Source: Candidatus Bathyarchaeota archaeon
GTDB taxonomy: Archaea; Thermoproteota; Bathyarchaeia; Bathyarchaeales; Bathycorpusculaceae
DNA: 64,000 nucleotides
NCBI GenBank assembly: GCA_963767735.1
Contig: CAVYES010000006.1
Span: 352,001 to 416,000, forward strand
Direction: 5' to 3'
Below are positions 10,383 through 20,220 of this stretch, one piece after another. Under the pieces are notes generated by a model that was given only the letters and a program-made list of their open reading frames with translations, ran no database searches and was not told the DNA's origin. Numbering within the stretch: the first letter of the stretch is position 1; each line of letters opens with the position of its first letter. Position numbers and translations under genes: made by a program.

Positions 10383-10964
10383 CTATTTCACTGTCACTTT
10401 GTGCTTTTTAGGCACGGGTGCAATCGTCTTCTTTGGTACGCTGACTTTGAGTAATCCGTCTTTAAATGTGGATTCTGCTTGTTCGGGGATTACTTCTTCT
10501 GGGAATGAGAGTTGTTTGTAGATATGTGAGTAAACGCGTTCTCTGACAACAAAGTTCTTCTCTGTATCTTCTGTTTCAACGTCTGTTTCGGCCGAGATTT
10601 CTATACCGTCCTTTGTCAATGCCACGTCAATGTTGTCTTTAGCTACACCAGGCATCTCAGCATGTACCACAAACTTGTTTCCTTCATCAACCAGATCTAC
10701 GGTTGCTTCCCGAACTGGGACAACGGGTTCAACGTTTATCCATTCAAATGGAAAAGCTATGCTTTCAATGAAGTTTTTGCGGAAATCATTCATTAGATCG
10801 TCAAAGGTTGTCAGAACGTGAACTGCGGGAACTTGTTTGGCAGGAATGCGTTTAGCTGGAACTTTGGCGGGAACATGTTTGGCGAGAGCAGTTTTAACTG
10901 GCTTTGCTGCGATTTCAGCTTTTGCGATCGCCTTCACCGGCGCCTTTTTTTGTATTTCAGTCAT
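10383..10964 (-). CDS. Small heat shock protein Hsp20 with Lys/Ala/Pro-rich N-terminal extension
   Basis: Alpha-crystallin domain (AEMPGVAKDNIDV, FKDGLLKVSVPK) with a C-terminal V-T-V motif. Confidence 0.92.
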   Translation of the reverse strand: MTEIQKKAPVKAIAKAEIAAKPVKTALAKHVPAKVPAKRIPAKQVPAVHVLTTFDDLMNDFRKNFIESIAFPFEWINVEPVVPVREATVDLVDEGNKFVVHAEMPGVAKDNIDVALTKDGIEISAETDVETEDTEKNFVVRERVYSHIYKQLSFPEEVIPEQAESTFKDGLLKVSVPKKTIAPVPKKHKVTVK

Positions 10965-11007
10965 TTTTTTTCACCTCGATTAATTTTTGTTATTAGAATT
11001 CTGAATG

Positions 11008-11202
11008 TTATCTCTGTTCTTTTTGCAGTGCTAATCTTGCTGCGGTTTCTTTGGAGATTTTTTCGAGTCCTTTGGCTAACTCTGCGCTGTCAACTTCATT
11101 TAATGGGTAAAACTTTCCTTCTTTGTCGATGAAGACAAGCTCCAAATTTCTGTTTTTATTAACCAATATTTCACCCCCAATCAAGTTTTTTTTCAGCAAC
11201 AT
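11008..11202 (-). CDS. Small hypothetical protein upstream of hsp20
   Basis: Co-oriented short ORF. A GGTGA site precedes TTG GTT AAT, so the true start may be ~11166. Confidence 0.5.
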   Translation of the reverse strand: MLLKKNLIGGEILVNKNRNLELVFIDKEGKFYPLNEVDSAELAKGLEKISKETAARLALQKEQR

Positions 11203-11341
11203 TTTCCTAACGGGAGGACCTCAGCTATTAGCCCTTACGCGATATCCCTTCAAGCGTTGTGAGCTAGCTGGCTTTCCCTTTTGCTTTTCCATAAAGGAAA
11301 TCTCAAAATATAGTTATTGGGACTTAAATGGGGAGAGAGGA

Positions 11342-11485
11342 TTACTCTTTTTTGGCTATCCACGTTTTTATTGCTTCTTGGGCGGCGCGGGATAGGTCGC
11401 CTTTTTTTCCGCCAAATCTTTCTACGGTTTTCAATCTGAGCTGCTTTTCTACCTCATCTGGTATATCTACGCTGATTCGACCCAT
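11342..11485 (-). CDS. Ribbon-helix-helix (CopG/Arc/MetJ-like) DNA-binding protein, 47 aa
   Basis: Manual translation MGRISVDIPDEVEKQLRLKTVERFGGKKGDLSRAAQEAIKTWIAKKE: alternating beta-strand followed by two helices. Confidence 0.8.
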   Translation of the reverse strand: MGRISVDIPDEVEKQLRLKTVERFGGKKGDLSRAAQEAIKTWIAKKE

Positions 11486-11647
11486 ACTTATTCACTTATT
11501 TTAGATTTTTTGTGCACGTTTGCCCCGTGTCAGGTGTTTTTCCATTGAGCGAACTGCCAGATCCCTAATTTTGTTTTTGCTGATGTTATCGTTTTCATTC
11601 GCTCCAATTCGCTTATTAACATAAGATATTATGTACTTAGTAGCTTA

Positions 11648-11671
11648 TAAACATATGTGCTTATATGTTTA
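11648..11671. promoter_or_regulatory. Perfect 9-bp inverted repeat TAAACATAT-N6-ATATGTTTA overlapping TATA-like DNA between divergent genes
   Basis: Read directly from the sequence; an operator role is inferred. Confidence 0.45.
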
Positions 11672-11868
11672 ATTCTGTTGAAGAAACCCTCGTTTTCTCA
11701 ACCCATCGAACACGCACAAACCAACACTATACCTCTACAGAGAAGTAACTTTACTAAAGGCGCAAATAACGAGAAAAACCTGCTAAGCCTCTCGATAAAT
11801 AGACAGCGCGCACGATTAGGTAAACATAAAAGCGGCAGATGTTTTGAAGTTAATACGGGATGAGTTAA

Positions 11869-12132
11869 TTGACAAATGACCAACCAAGCAAATGGGAACC
11901 AGACGCTAGAACGGAACCTGAGCCTAGAAGAGAACCGTTGCCTAGAACAGAGCCAGAACCAAGAACTGAACCAGAGCCCAGAACAGAACCAACTGCGAGG
12001 ACGGAGCCAGAGCCCAATGAGATACTGTCATTTAAGTGCCCTTCTTGCGGTTATCTCGTGATGTATTCTAAAGGAACTAAGAAGCAAACCATCAGATGCA
12101 CAAAATGCGGAAACGTCTTTCAAGTAGAGTAG
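11869..12132 (+). CDS. RTEPEP tandem-repeat protein with C-terminal zinc ribbon
   Basis: About six 18-bp units encoding RTEPEP-like hexapeptides, then CPSCG...CTKCGNVF. Confidence 0.8.
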   Translation: MTNDQPSKWEPDARTEPEPRREPLPRTEPEPRTEPEPRTEPTARTEPEPNEILSFKCPSCGYLVMYSKGTKKQTIRCTKCGNVFQVE

Positions 12133-12282
12133 GATTTAGCGTACGAAAAAATGCGAAAAAAACAATCTACGCGTTTGACGCGCGCGGAAAAATAAATATT
12201 CACTGAAGCTTTTTTTTGGGTTTAACTTCTTTGGTTTTTCGTGATACATTCTCTTCTTTTTGGTGCCTGATCCCCGATCGAC

Positions 12283-12525
12283 TTATTTTTTTCCACTATT
12301 TTCATTTGGTTTGGTTGGCCAATTATGGATAGGTAGGCAAACGATAGTCTTTGGTGGCGCCGTGCCAGTGTTCTTCGCCGGGAGATACAAGAACTATTGT
12401 TCTGGGTGTTACTATGTGTTCTTGGTTTTTGGTGGCTACGGTTCCTTTGCCTTCGGTGACTATGAGGATTTGCTCGGTGATGCGTGGGTGTGGAAATTTG
12501 TTGCGGGCACCTGAGGCAAATTTGA
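12283..12525 (-). pseudogene. Cupin-domain protein pseudogene (frameshifted)
   Basis: Fragments FASGARNKF/HTH/EQILIVTEGKG...VSPGEEHWHGAT in shifting frames match cupin motifs 1 and 2. Confidence 0.7.
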
Positions 12526-12700
12526 AGCTGTCGCCTCGGATGTTTCTTCGGTTTTATATGGGTTTGTGTTAGGCGGCGGAAGCATAACGATAATTATTGG
12601 GGGGTCGGCTAACTTGGTTTTTTTTGTGTTCCAGTTAATTCCACTGTATATGCTGTTGTTGTTAAGGGATATTTTGAACCGCTGAAATAAAATCTCATGT

Positions 12701-12830
12701 TTGCGCGCACAATTAGGCACAATTTCACACAAAATAACACAAATCCGCACAAATATGCACACTACCTGCAAACAATTCAAGACCTAAACCAAAAAAGCAA
12801 CCCAAAACACAAAGAACAGAATTTGCCCCC
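12701..12830 (+). repeat. Dispersed element copy C: 10-bp periodic CACA array plus conserved core
   Basis: CACA at 12708, 12718, 12728, 12738, 12748 and 12758; core CTAAACCAAAAAAGCAACCCAAAACAC at 12784. Confidence 0.8.
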
Positions 12831-12924
12831 AAAACAGCCAGGTTGTGCTTGCTGAAGGATACGAAGAGAACGCGGAAGAAGGCTTAGCTGTAGCGAAAGA
12901 TTTCGAGGTGGTAGGATTCTTGTA

Positions 12925-13314
12925 TTATTTTATCAAAACAGCATTTTTGACGTTCTTGAAGTGCATATCTCCAGTTAAAATCTTTGAGTTAAGTTTTCTA
13001 GCAGTTGCCAACACATATACATCGGCAAGCCCAAAGTCCTTTTGAGTCTTTCGCATCTCGCAATGTAAAATTCCAGCTTGTAGAGAAAGTTCCTCATCAG
13101 CATTGACTATCCGCGAATTAGTAAAAAGCATAGCATAGGCCTGCTGAACATCCCGTCCCTCTCGTGCAACTTTGCTTATAACTTCGGCAAGAGTTATAGC
13201 GCACGTGTAAACTTCACTTCCCTCTTCGTCCAGAACTTCCTTTAGCTTAACGCCGTAATTGCTACCTATTAGATACTCCACCCAAGCCCAAGCATCAACG
13301 ACGTATCTATTCAA
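12925..13314 (-). CDS. vapC: VapC-family PIN-domain toxin
   Basis: YVVDAWAWVEY, TLAEV, ADVYVLATA, ILTGDMHF. Confidence 0.9.
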   Translation of the reverse strand: MNRYVVDAWAWVEYLIGSNYGVKLKEVLDEEGSEVYTCAITLAEVISKVAREGRDVQQAYAMLFTNSRIVNADEELSLQAGILHCEMRKTQKDFGLADVYVLATARKLNSKILTGDMHFKNVKNAVLIK

Positions 13315-13507
13315 ATGCTTTCAGCTCATCTTCGACCGTGAAAGGCGCCATGCCTTTGAAAATACCAAAGCCATCTCTACGGCATTTTTTGACAGTGATT
13401 TCCACGTATTCGTTTTCTTTTATTTTTTGAGTTTCAACCAGTTCTTTGGGCAAGGTAACCACGATTGAACCGCCAACTTTCCGGGTTTTGGTTAAGCATC
13501 CAGGCAT
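13307..13507 (-). CDS. AbrB/MazE-family antitoxin (VapB)
   Basis: TRKVGGSIVVTLPKELVETQKIKENEYV; overlaps the vapC start. Confidence 0.88.
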   Translation of the reverse strand: MPGCLTKTRKVGGSIVVTLPKELVETQKIKENEYVEITVKKCRRDGFGIFKGMAPFTVEDELKAFE

Positions 13508-13782
13508 ATGTAATCATCGTTATATTAAATTATACAGAAGTTATACTTAACAATTTCTAAAAACCCAACTTAGATGTACAGCGATTAAATTTATGATTTT
13601 GTTACTTTACTTTGTTACTTACAAAGTGGCACCCTTTAATGGACGCGTATGAGTAAGCCGAAGTTTCAGCAACGTTTTTAGTGAAGCAAAGTCCAGCTAA
13701 AAATGAATTGGATCAAAACTGCGACAAGTATGACCTGTTATTGTTAGGCAAAAAAATAGGAAAGTGGCTGCGTAAAACAATG

Positions 13783-13836
13783 GCGAATTGGCGATATCGA
13801 CAAAGGATGAGGGTTCAATTCCCTTTCCCGGCGCCA
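13783..13836 (+). repeat. Degenerate tRNA 3'-half-like repeat, copy 2 (tRNA-Ser-like end)
   Basis: GAGGG-TTCAATT-CCCTT T-arm followed by TCCCGGC-G-CCA; no 5' half present. Confidence 0.6.
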
Positions 13837-14081
13837 TTAACAAAAGTAGGGTCCTTGTTCTTGAGAACGCTCGCCCTACGATCGACCAACCAAATTCGTA
13901 AATTGTTATTTTAGGGCATCGTAAATTTAATGTTGCTTTAAGGGTAAAGAGGAGCTGGAAGACCCCCCTCCGGGGTCTGTCTCTGTCTGTCTATGTGACA
14001 CACCTCACAAAGCTTCCTGTTCAACTTCATCCCGGAACCTATTGCCTTAGTAATTTTTGAAAGATTATGGTATGGGTGCGT

Positions 14082-14372
14082 TTAACGTATGTGGATGTTG
14101 CTCAAGGCGGCTTTGGGGTGTTTGTGGGCTTTGAGTACGACTGAGGTTACGGTGCTTTTGACGCCTTTGATCTTGTTTATTTTTTCTTGCAAGACATTGC
14201 GGAACTCTTCCACGCTCGCTGCCGAAACTCTGGAAACGATGTCAAATTCCCCTTTAACTTCATAGATCTCCTCGATGTTTTCGATCTTTGAGAGGGCGGC
14301 TATAACCTGTTTTTTCTGACTCGGATCGACGAAGAGGTTAACTGAGGCTTCGAAGCGGTGGCTGGTCATCAT
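14082..14372 (-). CDS. Stand-alone Lrp/AsnC ligand-binding (RAM) domain protein
   Basis: IEEIYEVKGEFDIV...IKGVKSTVTSVVLK; no HTH. Confidence 0.88.
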   Translation of the reverse strand: MMTSHRFEASVNLFVDPSQKKQVIAALSKIENIEEIYEVKGEFDIVSRVSAASVEEFRNVLQEKINKIKGVKSTVTSVVLKAHKHPKAALSNIHIR

Positions 14373-14685
14373 TTTACATCATCGAAACACCTTAACAGCC
14401 AGTTAGCTTTTGAGCTTTTTTGAGAACCAAAATGCGCTAATTTGCAAAGCCGCATAAACACGCGCTAACAAAGGCTTTTCGAAAACTGGCGGGCAAAACA
14501 TGAGTTAAGCTCAAAATTATTTATTGTATTTTATATGTTCTGATGAGTTGCTCATTCCCGACAAGCATCTCTATGGAGTAAGTTTTTGGAAAGTCTTACG
14601 CGTGCTGTATCGTCCATGTCACGTTTCTTGTGACTGTAACGCGACACCAACATTGGCATATTAAGCTTAAACGGTTGATTGAAAA

Positions 14686-15357
14686 ATGGAGAAAAGCCAA
14701 ATGCAAAGTCAAGTTGATTTGTACACCGGTCCCCACAAGGGCCAACGTCTGAGGTTCTTCACGATAAGCAAATCATGCGGAACCCTGAACGTAAGCGACC
14801 AAAATGCCATAACAGCGCTCGAGGGCGAGCTCGCCTCATTCCGAGACAACATGTATCTCCACGCAGACATTGAAGAGAAGTTCATCCATCCCCTGCTCTC
14901 GGAGAGAGTTCCCGGCGGAGCCGACAGGCTAAACGAGGACCACCGCATGATGCACAGGCAATTCGACGAGCTTGTGGCATGCTTTGGAGAAATAAAGAAG
15001 AAGCCGCGCGAAGAGCTTTCTCTGGAGTTTTACCTCGGGTGGAACAGGTTCATTTCGTTCTACCTCAACCATATAGACTACGAAGAAGAACACGTTATGC
15101 CTGCGCTCTGGAAACTCTGCACTCCCGAGGAACTGGGCGATGTGTTCAAGAAAGCTATGGGAGGCCAAACGCCCAAGGAGCTTATGGAGAACCTCGGGAT
15201 GATGCTACCGGCGATGAGCCTCACGGAAAGGGCCATGCTCCTCAATCAGGGTCGGGCGACCATGCCCCCTGAAGCATTCCAAGCGGTCCTCAAAATCGCT
15301 GAACGCGTCCTCACTCCTGAAGACTGGGCTTCGCTAAAAGCGGCGCTAAAACTTTGA
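14686..15357 (+). CDS. Hemerythrin-like (HHE) domain protein
   Basis: HKG, HADIEEKFIHP, EDH, HIDYEEEHVMP. Confidence 0.85.
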   Translation: MEKSQMQSQVDLYTGPHKGQRLRFFTISKSCGTLNVSDQNAITALEGELASFRDNMYLHADIEEKFIHPLLSERVPGGADRLNEDHRMMHRQFDELVACFGEIKKKPREELSLEFYLGWNRFISFYLNHIDYEEEHVMPALWKLCTPEELGDVFKKAMGGQTPKELMENLGMMLPAMSLTERAMLLNQGRATMPPEAFQAVLKIAERVLTPEDWASLKAALKL

Positions 15358-15495
15358 CCCTTCTTGAAACAGCGTACATTTGTTTGGGGCGAAGGTCTGT
15401 CGCCGGTTGCAGGGATAGGAGTTGTCGTTAGGTCAAGTTAGTCGGCTAGCATACCAAAAGATCTGAGCATCGTTATGGCTCTTGGCTGAGTGTTT

Positions 15496-15618
15496 TTAAA
15501 ACCAGTTTTTTGACCTTACTTCTCGACAGACTTTGCATGTGTTTAATATGGATTCGCCTTCGCAGACGGTTTCAGTTTCAATTGAACCACAGGAAGGGCA
15601 TTTATCGTTATCTCTCAT
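15496..15618 (-). CDS. CPxCG zinc-finger micro-protein, 40 aa
   Basis: Manual translation MRDNDKCPSCGSIETETVCEGESILNTCKVCREVRSKNWF; GGAGG upstream. Confidence 0.6.
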   Translation of the reverse strand: MRDNDKCPSCGSIETETVCEGESILNTCKVCREVRSKNWF

Positions 15619-16249
15619 TTTCTATTTCCTCCAAAATTTGTTTACGTCGTTCTCTTTGACGTTTTCTTTGGTTTTTCATTATATCTCATTCGCTGGCGTC
15701 TTGGAAAACATGCTTTTGCATTTAAGTTTCCTTTGTGTCTTCGTTTATTCTTTGAGGTTTAATGAACATAAGCTTTATGAATACAAAATATGAATCGAAA
15801 AATATACAAGGATACCTATGAATCGTAGGCTTCTTTGAAATCTATGCTGAAGAGGCTTTGTTGGCTGTATTTATTTGCAACTTAATGGAGTTAAGACTAA
15901 CGGGGCCGTGATAAATTCAACTGTTTCAGCAGCGGTTTTTTCAGTTTGTTTTTTTTGGTTCCTGCGAAACTTTTTCAAAATCTTGAGTTTGATAGTTCAG
16001 TAGAGAGCACATGATTGTCATTTTGAGCTTTATCTTATTGCAAGTTCCATAAAAACAGAAATCTTTTCTCATGAATTCTGGATTCATAAAGCTTTAGAGC
16101 CAAATTCTTTTATGTTAGGCTTGGGTTCAGAGGAAAATGCATTTGGTGGTTCGCCATCACATTTTGCATATTCCAGACAGCTCTGGGCCCGCTTCCAATT
16201 ATAGAAATCCCATCGGGTTAAAAGTTAAATTCTTCAAGGGTGCGAAATG

Positions 16250-16828
16250 CTATTGCTCTTTCTTAAGATTGATATCTGCGATAGTACGCGCCATCATTTT
16301 TCCTAAGTGTTTTGCGGAGTCCATGCCTTCTTGGTCTTTAGTCACTTCTCCTTTTTCGCGTCCAATGGCAAATACTCTTCCGCCGCTTGGAATGGTCATT
16401 CCAACTGCAGTCATGAACGTGAGCATTTGATTGCATGTGCTTGAAACTCCTGATCGACGAGCGACAGCGATGACCCCACCGACTTTCTCCGCGAAATCTT
16501 TTCTTCCCCGAGCCAACGCCAGAAAACCTACCCGATCAATAAAAATCTTCATTTGCGCGGTGACCCCTTGAAAATAAGAAGGACTGCCCATTATAACTCC
16601 ATCAGCCTTCATGATCTCCTCGTAGAGTTTCTCAACGTCGTCTTCATTTACGCATTTCTTAGTGCCGAAGCAACTCATGCAACCGCTGCAGGGCGAAAGA
16701 CTATAATCTGAAATTCGAATCAACTTCACGTTTGCACCCTCCGCTTTTGCAGCGTCCAACGCCGCCTCAAGAATCAAATCTGTATTGCCGCCGACCCTAG
16801 GACTACCACTTAAACCAATAATTCGCAC
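16250..16828 (-). CDS. Iron-sulfur flavoprotein (flavodoxin family)
   Basis: GLSGSPRVGGNT, CSGCMSC..C, GSPSYF, KIFIDR. Confidence 0.9.
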   Translation of the reverse strand: MRIIGLSGSPRVGGNTDLILEAALDAAKAEGANVKLIRISDYSLSPCSGCMSCFGTKKCVNEDDVEKLYEEIMKADGVIMGSPSYFQGVTAQMKIFIDRVGFLALARGRKDFAEKVGGVIAVARRSGVSSTCNQMLTFMTAVGMTIPSGGRVFAIGREKGEVTKDQEGMDSAKHLGKMMARTIADINLKKEQ

Positions 16829-17328
16829 GTTTCAAGCCTCAAACCCATTCTACAAACCCATCTTATTAACAAATGCTCTACACATGTCCTTCATTTACCT
16901 ATTTTGGTCACCTCACCAGCAAAGTTCACACGACCTATAACGTCGCCTTTTTCTCTTTACTGCTTGCCTCCTAACGAGAATCCTTTGGAACAAATTGACG
17001 TTTAATGATCTGCAGTGACGACGTTTAACTTTCTATCGCTTCCTTAACTCAACCCGCAAATTAAAACAACTTGAACAAAATTTGCTCCCTTGAGACAACA
17101 GCTGCATACTTTTGTCGTAGGCTTTTGGTCAAATAAAGGAATGGCTTTTATAATCATTGGCTGACTTAAAGCAGAACATAAATTGCCAATACAATACGTT
17201 TGCAGAAAAAAACGTAGCCAAAACCTTGAATCCATGGGAAACTTAAATTTGCCCTGATAGGAAAGGTTTTTAGTGTAGTTATTGTATGAGACTGTGAAAA
17301 AGTGTATAGTGTAAAGTGAGGTTAAGTT

Positions 17329-18057
17329 ATGTCAGTATTTGCAGCACCAGGAGCATATGACCGTGCGATAACAGTTTTCTCGCCTGACGGACGACTCTTC
17401 CAAGTCGAATACGCAATGGAGTTAGTAAACCGCGGAGCCACCATACTTGGTATTCAATGTCCAGAAGGGCTTGTTCTTGGTTCAGAAGAAAATATAGAGA
17501 TCCTTGAAGAAGCAGGTTACTCATGGAAAATCTTCAGGGTAGACGACCACATCGGCGCAGCCATAGTGGGTTTAAGCTCAGACGCCAGAATTCTCATCGA
17601 CCAAGCAAGAATATACGCTCAAAGTAACAAATTAACCTACGATGAACCCATAGACATAGAAGTCGTAACCAAACGCATCTGCGACATCCAACAAATGTAC
17701 ACCCAACACGCCGGAGTTAGACCCTTCGGAGTTTCAATAATTTTCGGAGGAGTCGACAAAACAGGAACAAGAGTCTTCGGAACACATCCAAGCGGAACAT
17801 ACCGAGGATACAAAGCCACAGCATTGGGCGCGGGACGAGAAACCGTCGTATCAATCCTAAAAGAAGAATACCGCGAAGACCTAACGCTAGAAAACAGCAT
17901 CAAACTCGCAGTAAAATGCCTAATTAAAGCACTAGACGCAAGACAACTGCCGCCAAGAATAAAGATCGCAGTCATACCCCTTACAACCAAAAAAATGGAA
18001 ATGTTAAGCGACGACGCAGTAGAAGGCTACATCAAAGAGCTGGGTTCAAGCAAGTGA
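17329..18057 (+). CDS. psmA: Proteasome subunit alpha
   Basis: YDRAITVFSPDGRLFQVEYA, RPFGVS. Confidence 0.98.
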   Translation: MSVFAAPGAYDRAITVFSPDGRLFQVEYAMELVNRGATILGIQCPEGLVLGSEENIEILEEAGYSWKIFRVDDHIGAAIVGLSSDARILIDQARIYAQSNKLTYDEPIDIEVVTKRICDIQQMYTQHAGVRPFGVSIIFGGVDKTGTRVFGTHPSGTYRGYKATALGAGRETVVSILKEEYREDLTLENSIKLAVKCLIKALDARQLPPRIKIAVIPLTTKKMEMLSDDAVEGYIKELGSSK

Positions 18058-18064
18058 AAACTGG

Positions 18065-18754
18065 ATGAGTGAAAAGTTCACCGTTGCACGATTAAGCAAA
18101 GAAAACGAGCATTTTGAAATCCTAGTTAAACCTCAAAAGGCACTGGATTACCGCAACGGCAAAATCGCGGGAATAACCGAAGTTTTAGCAGCAGAAATAA
18201 TTTTTTCTGATGCAAACAAGGGCACCAAAGTTTCCGAAGAAGCGATGCATAAAGCCTTCGGAACCACAGACGCATTAAAAGTTGCTGATACGATTCTAAA
18301 AAAAGGTACGCTTCAACTTACAACTGAACAAAGACGTAAAATGGTCGAAGACAAAAAACGGCAAATTATTGATTTCATTTCAAGACAGGCGGTTGACCCG
18401 AAAACGAATCTGCCTCATCCCCCAATGCGTATAGAGAACGCGATGGAGCAAATCCGTTACCCAATTGACCCATACAAGCCAGTGGAAGAACAAGCCAAAG
18501 ATATAGTGAAATTGTTGCGGCCGATTTTGCCCTTAAAGATAGAGCAAGTAACGGTTGCAGTGAAGATACCCGCCCAATATTCTGCAAGAGCCTACGGGGC
18601 AGTCAAAACTTTAGGTACCATAAAACGGGAAGAATGGCGTGGAGACGGCTCATGGTATGGTGAAATAGAGTTGCCTGCTGGATCATACGCCTCGTTGCTA
18701 AACAAACTTGGCGACGTAACTAAGGGAAGTGGAGAAGCAAAAATAATCTCTTAA
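18065..18754 (+). CDS. sdo1: Ribosome maturation factor SBDS/Sdo1
   Basis: HFEILV, QLTTEQRR, DPKTNLPHPPMRIE; conserved position after psmA. Confidence 0.96.
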   Translation: MSEKFTVARLSKENEHFEILVKPQKALDYRNGKIAGITEVLAAEIIFSDANKGTKVSEEAMHKAFGTTDALKVADTILKKGTLQLTTEQRRKMVEDKKRQIIDFISRQAVDPKTNLPHPPMRIENAMEQIRYPIDPYKPVEEQAKDIVKLLRPILPLKIEQVTVAVKIPAQYSARAYGAVKTLGTIKREEWRGDGSWYGEIELPAGSYASLLNKLGDVTKGSGEAKIIS

Positions 18755-18779
18755 AAAATAAAATTGGATGGTGAAAAAT

Positions 18780-19490
18780 ATGCCAGTATTCTTTGAAAAA
18801 AAACAGCTTGTAACGCCCGGCGAATTGCTAGCTGAAGGCGATTATTTAGCTGGCGAAAACACATACGTGGAACAGAACAAAATTTACGCCTCAAGAATCG
18901 GACTTGTAGATACCGACAATAAAAAAGTAAACGTTGTTGCACTTAGGGCTTTTTACGTGCCTAAAATGGGTGACATTATAATTGGGTCAGTCGTGGAAGT
19001 CGGATTTAACGGCTGGACAGTTGACATTAAATCACCCTACACAGCGCTCCTGCGTGCATCAGACGTCTTAAGCAGGCCCTTCAAGCCTCAAAACGACGAG
19101 TTATCCGCAGTTTTAAACGCTGGCGACTTGATCGTTGCAAAAATCGCTTCGTATGACAGAGCACACGACCCACAGCTTACTGTTGGAGAGCCGGGGTTAG
19201 GAAAAATAACTCGAGGCCAAATTCTTCATGTGACACCAACAAAGATCCCCCGCATAATCGGAAGAAAAGGCTCAATGATTTCTATGATAAAACAGGAAAC
19301 AAATTGCCAAATTATTCTGGGGCTCAACGGAGTCATATTAGTCACCGGGAAAAACCTTGAGGAAGAAGATCTTGCCATAAAGGCGATTAAAAAGATTGAG
19401 GAAGAATCCCACACAACTGGCCTAACAGATCGCATAACACAGTTACTTAAGGAAAGTAAAGTTAAAGTGGAGGAAAATAAGAATGAGTGA
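18780..19490 (+). CDS. rrp4: Exosome RNA-binding subunit Rrp4
   Basis: VTPGELL, S1 domain, KH motif [12 protein letters not shown]. Confidence 0.96.
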   Translation: MPVFFEKKQLVTPGELLAEGDYLAGENTYVEQNKIYASRIGLVDTDNKKVNVVALRAFYVPKMGDIIIGSVVEVGFNGWTVDIKSPYTALLRASDVLSRPFKPQNDELSAVLNAGDLIVAKIASYDRAHDPQLTVGEPGLGKITRGQILHVTPTKIPRIIGRKGSMISMIKQETNCQIILGLNGVILVTGKNLEEEDLAIKAIKKIEEESHTTGLTDRITQLLKESKVKVEENKNE

Positions 19491-20220
19491 AAAGCATGAA
19501 AAACTAATTGATAAAAAAGGTATCAGATTAGATGGTCGAAAAGCAGATGAACTTCGCCCTCTGAAGCTTCAAGTCGGCGTATTGTCACACGCTGACGGAT
19601 CAGCCTACATTGAACATGGAAAAAACAAGATTTTAGCCGCAGCTTTCGGTCCAAGAGAGATGCATCCAAAACACCTATCATTGCCAGACCGTATGGTTTT
19701 GCGGTGCCGTTATCACATGGCTCCATTTTCAGTGCAGGAACGCAAATCACCTGCGCCTTCAAGAAGAGAAATCGAGCTATCTAAAGTGATAAAGGAATGT
19801 TTAGAGCCAGCTTTGTTCTTGGAGCTTTATCCACGGACGGGTGTAGACGTTTTCGTTGAGGTGTTGCAGGCGGACGGTGGAACACGCTGCGCAAGCATCA
19901 CTGCCGCTGCACTGGCAATTGCCGACGCTGGCGTTCCAATGCGCGATTTGGTGGTTGCTTGTGCTGCTGGAAAGGTTGATGACACTGTAGTCTTGGACTT
20001 GTACGATGCTGAAGACAAGCTTGGCGCCGCGGATCTTCCGGTAGCTTATATGCCTAATTTGAATGCGGTTACTCTACTTCAGATGGATGGCAACCTTACC
20101 GCTGAGGAATTTGAGAAAGCATTGAACATGGCGATGGATGGATGCAAGAAAATCTATGAAATGCAGAAGGAAGCATTAAAAACTAAATACATGGTTGTTA
20201 AAGAGGAGGCTGAAGAGTAA
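19483..20220 (+). CDS. rrp41: Exosome catalytic subunit Rrp41
   Basis: [29 protein letters not shown]. Confidence 0.97.
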   Translation: MSEKHEKLIDKKGIRLDGRKADELRPLKLQVGVLSHADGSAYIEHGKNKILAAAFGPREMHPKHLSLPDRMVLRCRYHMAPFSVQERKSPAPSRREIELSKVIKECLEPALFLELYPRTGVDVFVEVLQADGGTRCASITAAALAIADAGVPMRDLVVACAAGKVDDTVVLDLYDAEDKLGAADLPVAYMPNLNAVTLLQMDGNLTAEEFEKALNMAMDGCKKIYEMQKEALKTKYMVVKEEAEE

